IMG/VR virus record: IMGVR_UViG_3300045988_108496
Location: 21,921 to 85,920 of that record
Strand: one strand, 5' to 3'
From: a virus
DNA length: 64,000 nucleotides
Notes under the pieces: generated by a model
The model's input: the letters and a program-made list of their open reading frames with translations, nothing else
Told to the model about the DNA's origin: nothing
Database searches by the model: none
Shown: positions 15,540-23,221 of the stretch, in pieces
Layout of the letters: each line of letters begins with the position of its first letter
How positions within the stretch are numbered: the first letter of the stretch is position 1
Made by a program: the position numbers and the translations under genes

Positions 15540-16406
15540 ATGGAAAGACTTAGAGAAGTGCTTGCCTTTGTAAACCACAAAGGCGGTGTAGGAAAAACAA
15601 CAACGGTGCAGAGTTTAGCGACCGGATTGCGCCGTTTTGGTAAAGGAAAATTCGGAGTGGATGCCGATGGACGCAAACGCTTGCCGCGTGTGCTCATTAT
15701 CGACCTTGACCCGCAGGCGTGTGCCTCGTTCCTCTTCGGATGGAGCGAGACTCAGAACGCAGGTAAGCCTACCGTTTACGACGCATTGGTACAGCAAAGC
15801 AATTTGCCCGTTTATCAGGTACGTGAGGGAATTTACCTCGCGCCAGCTGCGTCGCAGCTTATATCCATAGAACCGTTTCTGAATCAGCGGGCATTGCCTC
15901 GCAAAGCCCTTTGTAAATTGCTCGCCAAGCCACTGAACGAGTTAGCAGGCACCGAACTGGCAGACGGAGGCGTGAACACCGTTATGGATGCTTTCGACTA
16001 CGTGCTTATAGACTGCCCACCGGCTATGTCGTTGCTTACATACAATGCTCTCACAGCCGCTACGAGTGTAGTGCTGCCCGTGCAGCTCGAAGTGTTGGCA
16101 ACAAAAGGTATTGCCGAAATCATCAACGCCATCGAGGAAACACGTGAGGATCTTAATCCCGATCTTGACATTCGTGGCTTGCTGATGGTAATGAGCAACG
16201 ACCAGACCAACGCCACAAAGGAGTTTAAGGCATATCTCGGCGAAAAGTATCAGGACTATATGTTTGACGCTTATACGCGCCGCGACACGAAGATGGTCGA
16301 AGCGCAAGCTATGCGAGAAGACATCTTTGCTTATGCACCGTATTGCAGGGTAGGGCAGGACTATGAGCGTTTTACCAAGGAGATAATCAACAGTTTCACT
16401 TTTTAA
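15540..16406 (+). CDS. parA: ParA/Soj-family partition ATPase
   Basis: Deviant Walker A FVNHKGGVGKTTT. IIDLDPQ and VLIDCPP motifs. Promoter at 15435-15466. Confidence 0.9.
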   Translation: MERLREVLAFVNHKGGVGKTTTVQSLATGLRRFGKGKFGVDADGRKRLPRVLIIDLDPQACASFLFGWSETQNAGKPTVYDALVQQSNLPVYQVREGIYLAPAASQLISIEPFLNQRALPRKALCKLLAKPLNELAGTELADGGVNTVMDAFDYVLIDCPPAMSLLTYNALTAATSVVLPVQLEVLATKGIAEIINAIEETREDLNPDLDIRGLLMVMSNDQTNATKEFKAYLGEKYQDYMFDAYTRRDTKMVEAQAMREDIFAYAPYCRVGQDYERFTKEIINSFTF

Positions 16407-16417
16407 TATTATAGGGT

Positions 16418-16873
16418 ATGGCAAGAGAAATGAAGAAACGAGTTGCGCATTTTGGTCTGGAAAATTCAGACGCTATAGACGAGAACGAGCGCATTTTGGA
16501 AGCAGGTAGACAGCAGCGTCAGGAGAACAGGGAGAAAAAGGGAAGTGGAGAAGCGGCAGCGAATACTGTCACTGCTTCGTCCGCAGAAGTTCCGGCGACT
16601 GAAAAGCCGACTGTTTCTACAACAACGTCTGAGACCGAGACATCGACAACTATAACTCCTGTAGCAGATCAACCGGCAACCACATCATTCAGCAACGATA
16701 TTGCTGCGAACATGCGTAAGCCGAAGGGTAAGAAGACCGAGAATGGCATCACCATATACGTGCCGATGGAGTATTACGAGCGTATCGCCTTGATGAAAAT
16801 GCGCACTGGCGTGCCTATCAAGGATTTGGCGCTACAGGCTGTGATTGAGTTTTTGGACAGAAACAAAATGTAA
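16418..16873 (+). CDS. ribbon-helix-helix centromere-binding partner (ParG-like) with disordered T/S/E-rich N-terminus
   Basis: Lies directly downstream of parA. The C-terminal segment ITIYVPMEYYERIALMKMRTGVPIKDLALQAVIEFLDRN fits a beta-alpha-alpha RHH pattern. Confidence 0.6.
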   Translation: MAREMKKRVAHFGLENSDAIDENERILEAGRQQRQENREKKGSGEAAANTVTASSAEVPATEKPTVSTTTSETETSTTITPVADQPATTSFSNDIAANMRKPKGKKTENGITIYVPMEYYERIALMKMRTGVPIKDLALQAVIEFLDRNKM

Positions 16874-16951
16874 AATCTAAAGTCTGATGTACACCGATAT
16901 GGACAACTTTGAAAAATGCGAGGCGATATTCAACGAGGACTTGTAATATGT

Positions 16952-16982
16952 AAGGTAAAATCCTACTAAAGTTTTTTACCTT
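16952..16982 (+). terminator. AT-rich hairpin after the par operon
   Basis: AAGGTAAAA-(13 nt)-TTTTACCTT. A weak, AT-only stem. Confidence 0.35.
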
Positions 16983-17030
16983 AAAGTTTACGAAGTCACT
17001 ACAAAAGTGTGCTGTTTTTGGTTTGTAATA

Positions 17031-17113
17031 CCTACGGATTTGTTTACCAATACCTACGGATTTGTTTACTTAAACCTACGGATTTGTTTACCAACTCCTG
17101 CGTTTTTGTTTAC
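17031..17113 (+). repeat. four direct 22-bp-spaced iterons (CCTACGGATTTGTTTAC)
   Basis: Copies at 17031, 17053 and 17075, plus a diverged copy at 17097 (CCTGCGTTTTTGTTTAC). Confidence 0.9.
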
Positions 17114-17277
17114 CTCACTGTAGGTAACTGATTGATAATCAATACGCTCAAAAACCTTAATATAATATAATTATAAACTATGGATTTTTCGTTTTGAAAG
17201 AATAAAAGAATAGTTTATGTTACATTATATTAAGGGAAATTGGAGGAGTTGAAAATCAACGAGTTAGAGCATACGAA

Positions 17278-17360
17278 GTAAACAAATATATAGGAGTTGG
17301 TAAACAAAAACGTAGGTTTTGATACATAAAAACGTAGGTTTAAGTACATAAAAACGTAGG
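17278..17360 (-). repeat. four inverted-orientation iterons at 22-bp spacing abutting rep ATG
   Basis: GTAAACAAATATATAGG (17278), GTAAACAAAAACGTAGG (17300), ATACATAAAAACGTAGG (17322), GTACATAAAAACGTAGG (17344). Confidence 0.9.
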
Positions 17361-17362
17361 TT

Positions 17363-18955
17363 ATGGCAAAGAAAGCGAAAAAAGAAGACAATGAAGGCAA
17401 ACTTCAACATGCCTTGAACGAATTGCGCTGGATAAACACACCTGTCAACTATACATCATACGCTAAAAGCTATTCTCTCATACAACAGGACGTTATGCTG
17501 TTGGTAAGCGGACGACTGCAAGACCATTTTGCCAAGTTTCTTAACGAACATCGTTATTTAAGCAAGGAACGACCCAATGGAGGTATAACGAAAGAAGACC
17601 TGTTGAAGATGGGACCGATACGTTTGCGCCTGGCTGACTTCGGTATAGACAGCAGCCATTATGACGAGTCGGTAAAGGTGATAAACCAAATGAAGAAGAT
17701 AGAGTTTCATTTACCGCGTTTCGATCCAGAGACAGGACTTAGAAAAGGTGAGGACTATATGCCTATATTCAGCAAGATATTTATCCCGAAGAACTTCACA
17801 TCACGAGAAGGAGAAGATTTCAACTATTCGGGAGACGGAGAAACAAAGATAGACGAGGACGGACAGGAAGTGCGCAAGTTCCGTCGTGACGGATATATCG
17901 AGGTTACAATAAACATTGAGGTGGCAAAAGCCGTGTTTGATATGGCAGACGGATATTTCAATCATCTTGAACGTATCGCCTATTTCTGCAATTCGGCTTA
18001 CACGTCACGTCTTTATCTTCTGTTGATGAAGTACGCGAGCAGGGGGCAGATGCACCCTGCTATAGATTATCGTGAGCTGAAGGAAGCATTGGGTATGTTT
18101 AAGGTCGATGTGGAAAAAAGTGAACAACCCGCAAAGGTTGTCACTACTGAGAAATATCAAAAGTTCTCACAGTTCCGCAAACAGGTGTTGGACGTGGCAC
18201 GTGGTGACATGGAGCGACTGTGCGAGGAAAACAAGATAGAGATAATGCTATCGTGCATTGACCCCAACAAAAAAGGCTATGAACCTATTTATAGGGGTAG
18301 CGTCAAACGAGGCAATCCTGAAAAAATCAAGTTTCATATTAAGCGCACACCGTTGGGCTTGGCGAGAGAATTGGAGTTGCATCGTGGTTCGTCAGAAAAA
18401 CGTTTGTGCGCCAAGTTAATGTCATTATATCCTACGCTCGACGAAGAACGGCTCAAGGCGTTTGTTGCTGACGTTCCCGAAGACCTTTGGAACGACTTTA
18501 AGGCGTATGCCTATAATGGAGTGCCGAAAGCGGTAGAGCAACCGCATAGATGGAATGGCACGGTGGAGGATTTCGTGTTTTACATTATGGAGCAATGGAT
18601 AAAACAGCATAGTGTGAAGCATGAAGCCCAGCAGCAGACGTTTGCGTTTGTCGAAGCGGAGGAAGTGAAGCCGAAACCGGGCGAAAAGGAGTGGCAGAAT
18701 CTTTTGACCATGCTTGACGGTGAAACAGGCGAGTGGCTGGGTAGTGAGATGTCGGACTTGTTGAAAAAAGTGATGCTTGATGATTATGACGGCAAGACTG
18801 TCCGGATTATTGCGACTCAGGAGCAGGTGACAGCCATAGAGAATCTATTGGAGAGCAATGTACTACAAGGTAAGTTTAGCCAATTACTTGGCTATTGCTT
18901 TAAGGGCAATAAACGTAAAAAGGTCTGTTTGGATTATAAAAAACTTAACAAATAG
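17363..18955 (+). CDS. rep: Rep_3/RepB-like plasmid replication initiator
   Basis: Eight 22-bp-spaced iterons lie immediately upstream, the last abutting the ATG. Winged-helix-like segments YSLIQQDVMLLVSGRL and FCNSAYTSRLYLLLMKY are typical of iteron initiators. Confidence 0.8.
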   Translation: MAKKAKKEDNEGKLQHALNELRWINTPVNYTSYAKSYSLIQQDVMLLVSGRLQDHFAKFLNEHRYLSKERPNGGITKEDLLKMGPIRLRLADFGIDSSHYDESVKVINQMKKIEFHLPRFDPETGLRKGEDYMPIFSKIFIPKNFTSREGEDFNYSGDGETKIDEDGQEVRKFRRDGYIEVTINIEVAKAVFDMADGYFNHLERIAYFCNSAYTSRLYLLLMKYASRGQMHPAIDYRELKEALGMFKVDVEKSEQPAKVVTTEKYQKFSQFRKQVLDVARGDMERLCEENKIEIMLSCIDPNKKGYEPIYRGSVKRGNPEKIKFHIKRTPLGLARELELHRGSSEKRLCAKLMSLYPTLDEERLKAFVADVPEDLWNDFKAYAYNGVPKAVEQPHRWNGTVEDFVFYIMEQWIKQHSVKHEAQQQTFAFVEAEEVKPKPGEKEWQNLLTMLDGETGEWLGSEMSDLLKKVMLDDYDGKTVRIIATQEQVTAIENLLESNVLQGKFSQLLGYCFKGNKRKKVCLDYKKLNK

Positions 18956-18960
18956 TTTCA

Positions 18961-18998
18961 CACCGCTTACCCATTCCCAAAGGTAGGCGGTGTTTTTT
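18961..18998 (+). terminator. intrinsic terminator after rep
   Basis: CACCGCTTACC-CATTCCCAAA-GGTAGGCGGTG followed by T6. Confidence 0.8.
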
Positions 18999-19065
18999 AG
19001 TATGTCCTGTTTGTGTTGGCGACTTTTTTTATTTTTGTACACAGAAACCAACAAGACATAAATAT

Positions 19066-19662
19066 ATGGGAAAAATCAAAATCATTACATTATGGCTTAT
19101 GGCTGTAATCACGTTAATGAGCTGCGCCGCCTCAAGAAAGGTGGAGCAGGGGAGTAGTGAGCAACGGCGTGATAGTGACGTAACTATCGTTAAGGACAGC
19201 GTGGTGAAGTCGGAGACGATGACGGACAGCAGCGCCGTTAGAGTCACGGACGAGAATCATACATCTGGCACTATGACCGACAAGGGTAGTAACGAGGAAA
19301 CTATCACTGAGCGAGTGACTGAGAGTACGGATGCCCAAGGCAACAAGACCACCACCACCGATCGAACCGTACACCGCAAGGGCGACTATGAGCGCAATGC
19401 CACATACGAGGCACGACTGAAGCATCAGGAAGAGATAATGACGCGGATGCAGCACGTAATAGATAGCTTAGTGTTGAGTAACAGACTGAACGCGGGTACC
19501 CACTGGGCAAAGAAGGATAGCACGAATGTGGTGAAGGAGAAGAACACAAAGAATATAAAGTCTACGTCAGAATGGTGGCAGCTTGCTCTGATTGTTTTCA
19601 GTGTTTCTTCTCTTGTTCTTTGTTTTAATACCTCGTTTTATAGTAAAAAGAATAAAGCATAA
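19066..19662 (+). CDS. lipoprotein with C-terminal transmembrane helix (unimolecular-spanin-like architecture)
   Basis: The N-terminus MGKIKIITLWLMAVITLMSCAASRK carries a lipobox. The C-terminus WWQLALIVFSVSSLVLCF is a TM helix. The middle is polar and T/D/E-rich. Confidence 0.65.
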   Translation: MGKIKIITLWLMAVITLMSCAASRKVEQGSSEQRRDSDVTIVKDSVVKSETMTDSSAVRVTDENHTSGTMTDKGSNEETITERVTESTDAQGNKTTTTDRTVHRKGDYERNATYEARLKHQEEIMTRMQHVIDSLVLSNRLNAGTHWAKKDSTNVVKEKNTKNIKSTSEWWQLALIVFSVSSLVLCFNTSFYSKKNKA

Positions 19663-19668
19663 GAACTT

Positions 19669-19962
19669 ATGAGTAGAAAGAAACAAGACATAATAGAGAA
19701 TACCGAGCAGCCGGAAGTCACCTTACAAGACTTTGTTATCCCTGCCAAGATAGAAGCCTTTTGCGAAAAATACAAGCCGCTCGACCATTGGCGTGAATAC
19801 TGCGACATGTTCACCGACTATCAGCTTCGTACGTACTTCAAGGCAGTAGTATGTCCGTTGGGCGATCCGTTGGCATTGTACCTTCAGGAGCTGGCTGTGA
19901 GAGGCTTTAAGATGAAGGACGATGAATGTGGAGAGCCTGTCATCTACGCTGCGCTAAGGTGA
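19669..19962 (+). CDS. hypothetical protein
   Basis: Starts 7 nt after the upstream stop. Confidence 0.55.
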   Translation: MSRKKQDIIENTEQPEVTLQDFVIPAKIEAFCEKYKPLDHWREYCDMFTDYQLRTYFKAVVCPLGDPLALYLQELAVRGFKMKDDECGEPVIYAALR

Positions 19963-20030
19963 TTTTTGTTTTTGAATTTTGAATTATCGGCAAAGCCGAT
20001 TTTGATTTGTCAATTTTGAATTTAAAATAT

Positions 20031-20555
20031 ATGAAGAAACCTCATTATTATTACAAGGTGTCGGCTACGTCTAATGTAGGTAGCGACATTCAGAAGTTTA
20101 TGAACCGCTGCCAGGAAGCCGAGCAGAAGGCTCTTGATTGGGCTAAAAAACATGGAGCAGAGCACTATTACGAGTCGCCTGAAGGCATGGCAGGTGGAGT
20201 AGGAGCCGTGGAGTTTGCCGACACCACCGGACGTGACGGTTGGGATAAGGAAGTGTCGCCCGATGGTCGTGTGTTCTTCTTCCCCATCGAAGGCACCGAC
20301 TTGGAAAAAGAGATGAATGCCCTGCCAGTCGTGAGTGAGGCAGAGCTGTTTTGCATACTAAACCTTCAGCCGAAGCGCACGAAAGACAACCTGCCTTTGC
20401 CCATGACGTTTGGAAATAGCACGCCCATCGTGTTCCTGCATCAAGGCTACTGGTATGCCGACGTTCCGTATGTAAGTGCCGACATTACACTTACCCAGAT
20501 AGAGGAAAAAGAGTTTTATCGTCGCAAGATGGCAGCGATAAACGAACGAAAATAA
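20031..20555 (+). CDS. hypothetical protein
   Basis: The track start at 20007 is TTG. The in-frame ATG at 20031 (AAAATATATGAAG) is preferred. A terminator at 20613-20648 follows. Confidence 0.65.
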   Translation: MKKPHYYYKVSATSNVGSDIQKFMNRCQEAEQKALDWAKKHGAEHYYESPEGMAGGVGAVEFADTTGRDGWDKEVSPDGRVFFFPIEGTDLEKEMNALPVVSEAELFCILNLQPKRTKDNLPLPMTFGNSTPIVFLHQGYWYADVPYVSADITLTQIEEKEFYRRKMAAINERK

Positions 20556-20612
20556 ATAGTAAGTAGTAGATAATAAGTGGTTAATAATTAGTTTTTAGTT
20601 TAGATTTTTTGT

Positions 20613-20648
20613 GCGTTACCCGTCCGTGAGGATAGGTAACGCTTTTTT
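20613..20648 (+). terminator. intrinsic terminator with GNRA-capped apex (family copy 4), probably bidirectional
   Basis: GCGTTACC-CG-TCC-GTGA-GGA-TA-GGTAACGC followed by T6 and preceded by T6. Sits between convergent genes. Confidence 0.75.
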
Positions 20649-20649
20649 G

Positions 20650-21336
20650 TCAGTCTTGTGTAGGACGGTCGGCAACCATATAACCATCATCCATGCTCAT
20701 ATTTTTGTAGCTTTTTGCTTCGTTGAGCATACGAGTGAGATTAGCGATTTGCTTTTGTTGTTCTGCAATCACATCGAGCAGACGTGCGCGTTCCTCGCTA
20801 TGACGCTCTTCGCTCTTCATGCGTTTAGCTTCGAGGTCGAGCAGTGCTTTCATATTTTGGTCGCTAACATTGCCTACTACGATCATCTCTCCTTGCCCCG
20901 TATCGTGCGTCTGGACACATATAGAGGAGGGATTGTCCGTACCGCTGCACTCTTTTTTATCAGAATCAACAATTCCTGGTACGACGGACGGAATTAGCTG
21001 CACGTCTAACGGGTCGAGAAGCGCACGACTGCCAGCTTTACGCTCTGTAACATAGCCGCCGTCAGGAGCGAATATGTCACCTTCTTGTGGTTGTACGTAC
21101 ATTGAGTTTCCCGTTGGGTCGCTATCTTTGTCGTAAAAGAAAGCTGAGATAGGCACTTGAAAGGTGTTACAGAAGCGTAGAATGCTTGATACTGGCATGG
21201 GACATCTGCCTTGCTCCCATAGACGCAGACTGTTGTTAGATGTTGATCCGATGGCTTGCAGGATGGTGTTGATGTTTATCCTGCCGTTGGCCTCCATCCA
21301 TCTGTTGAGAAACGAATAATTGTATTGGTACTTCAT
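20650..21336 (-). CDS. HTH-type regulator with C-terminal coiled-coil (repressor-like)
   Basis: The N-terminal segment NINTILQAIGSTSNNSLRLWEQGRCPMPVSSILRFCNTFQVPISAFF is HTH-like. The track start at 21360 is GTG, so ATG 21336 is used. Divergent from the gene at 21466. Confidence 0.75.
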   Translation of the reverse strand: MKYQYNYSFLNRWMEANGRININTILQAIGSTSNNSLRLWEQGRCPMPVSSILRFCNTFQVPISAFFYDKDSDPTGNSMYVQPQEGDIFAPDGGYVTERKAGSRALLDPLDVQLIPSVVPGIVDSDKKECSGTDNPSSICVQTHDTGQGEMIVVGNVSDQNMKALLDLEAKRMKSEERHSEERARLLDVIAEQQKQIANLTRMLNEAKSYKNMSMDDGYMVADRPTQD

Positions 21337-21431
21337 AACTGAATTATTTAAAAATGACACTTAAATCGTTAAAAAAGATAAATACTGAAAAATAAAAGTA
21401 GCTAAGCTATTGTTATTTATATTTTAATTCT

Positions 21432-21439
21432 TAAATTTG
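21432..21439 (+). promoter_or_regulatory. -7 box TAAATTTG of rightward replication operon
   Basis: Context TTAATTCTTAAATTTGCAAC. The ATG lies 27 nt downstream. Confidence 0.6.
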
Positions 21440-21465
21440 CAACAAATATAATGAATAACTGAAAA

Positions 21466-21960
21466 ATGACAAAGGAAAATATCGAGAAAATAACGACACC
21501 ATTGCAATCTTTGAACGCTAAAGATATTTCAGTGGAAGAAAAGAAATCGTTGTCTGATTTTATGCAGTCAAAAGGCTTCTCCGTAGCCACTTTTTATCTG
21601 CGTTTCTTTAAGAACGGCTTTTCTGTTTGGGAAATCATCGGCATTAACGAATGTAAAAAACAATTTTTAGCTATTCCGGAAGTAGCCGAGCTATTATTGT
21701 CGTATGCCGGAGACGAAGAGCAAGGAGCCGATAAGGGCGACAAGGGGTATCTCTATACCTTAGCAAAGAGTGATAAGGTTGGCGCTTTCTACGAATGTCT
21801 GAGACGTGCCAATACTGGACTTTGTAAAAAGTTTTTCGACTTTATGAACGAGCGAGGTATGAGCACCGGCACAGTTATCAAGCGTTTTACCACTGACAAC
21901 TGGAAAGAATGGGAGTCTAATGGTATTAAGAATTGTCTTTGTCAGTTTAACCTAAACTAA
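21466..21960 (+). CDS. hypothetical protein (first gene of rightward replication operon)
   Basis: ATG lies 27 nt after the TAAATTTG box at 21432-21439. Confidence 0.65.
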   Translation: MTKENIEKITTPLQSLNAKDISVEEKKSLSDFMQSKGFSVATFYLRFFKNGFSVWEIIGINECKKQFLAIPEVAELLLSYAGDEEQGADKGDKGYLYTLAKSDKVGAFYECLRRANTGLCKKFFDFMNERGMSTGTVIKRFTTDNWKEWESNGIKNCLCQFNLN

Positions 21961-21965
21961 ATAAA

Positions 21966-22631
21966 ATGATAGATGTTACTTTAGATTTTGAGACCTGTGC
22001 ACTTGCACCTACAGCTGCCGTGATGAGTGTCGGGGCAGTAGTATGGAATCGCGATGGAGATAAATCACCTTTTTATGGTGGCAATAGTGCTGTTAAATAT
22101 CCTACATTCTCGGCTCATGTAGACCTTCGGGGAATGTTCATCGAGGGTTTTACTTTCGATGAAGAGACAGCCGAGTGGTGGAAGCAGAAGAGCGAAGGAG
22201 CAAAAGCTGCAGTTCTTGATAGTGATGATGACGCTACACCATGTTCGCCTATACAGACTGTTGTGCGTAACTTTTTTGGATGGGTTAAAGAAATCAAAGA
22301 AGCGTTGCACAATCAGGACTTGTGTCTTTGGGCTCAAGGTTCAGATTTTGACATTGCTATCTTGCGTAATATCTGCTATAAGTTGGGCATAGAAGTTCCC
22401 GTGCATTACACCAACTTCCGCGACCATCGCACGTTTATCTACGAGGCGGCTCGCTTGATATGTAATGCCCGTGGAGAGTTCTATCATCCGAGTAAGGCAT
22501 ACGACCTTATTGAGGATTATAAGGACATTGATAAAGGCGCGGAACACGACCCTGTATTTGACTGCAAGCGCAGCATCTATTCCACATGGCAGATGATGCG
22601 AAAGTTGGCTTGTTTGAAATATATTGAATAG
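21966..22631 (+). CDS. DEDD-family 3'-5' exonuclease (DnaQ-like / Rv2179c-like)
   Basis: Exo I motif VTLDFET, Exo II motif WAQGSDFDIAIL, Exo III motif AEHDPVFDCK. Confidence 0.8.
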   Translation: MIDVTLDFETCALAPTAAVMSVGAVVWNRDGDKSPFYGGNSAVKYPTFSAHVDLRGMFIEGFTFDEETAEWWKQKSEGAKAAVLDSDDDATPCSPIQTVVRNFFGWVKEIKEALHNQDLCLWAQGSDFDIAILRNICYKLGIEVPVHYTNFRDHRTFIYEAARLICNARGEFYHPSKAYDLIEDYKDIDKGAEHDPVFDCKRSIYSTWQMMRKLACLKYIE

Positions 22632-22633
22632 AA

Positions 22634-23050
22634 ATGCCTAACCATGAGTATCTGAATTGCCCTTACATCCCTAATCGCCGGAACAAAAGGCAAGGACGGC
22701 CTACGCATCGGGAATATCTACACCGCATAGCCTATACGGAGACCGTGCGCGACTATGACAGCGACAACAAAGTACTGCTTTTCCATGCTCCATTCGCCTT
22801 AGTGAAGGATGTGTGTCAGAAGTTGTTCACGATGATGCAGGGCAATGTAGGGAATATAATAGTAAGAAACGAGCATTCCTGCCGAGTGAAAAACGGCAAG
22901 TGTTATTGGCGTGTGGCTGTGGAGATAATAGATCTTAATGAAAGCGTCATTTCGTTTAAGGAGTTCGTGCTGATGCTGATTAACTGCATGAAGAACTTGG
23001 CTAACTGCACCATCCGACACTTCCGCACGGAAACGTTTCTGAACTTATAG
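22634..23050 (+). CDS. hypothetical protein
   Basis: Starts 3 nt after the upstream stop. Confidence 0.55.
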   Translation: MPNHEYLNCPYIPNRRNKRQGRPTHREYLHRIAYTETVRDYDSDNKVLLFHAPFALVKDVCQKLFTMMQGNVGNIIVRNEHSCRVKNGKCYWRVAVEIIDLNESVISFKEFVLMLINCMKNLANCTIRHFRTETFLNL

Positions 23051-23221
23051 TAAAAACAAATGTAAAAACAGAAAGAATAAAGGACAGCATGGAGAATGAG
23101 GTAGCGGCAACGCCCTCCTATAAGTAAGTTTTATCAGGGTGGACACAAGAGCCTCGGATTCTGGTAATACCGAAAAGTTTGGCATTTCATCGCTGTCCTT
23201 TCTTTAATAATAACAGCAATC

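Noticed and set aside
20611-20997. 128-aa plus-strand ORF starting inside the terminator hairpin
   Set aside because: It starts at GTG within the 20613-20642 stem and is antisense to the HTH regulator gene.
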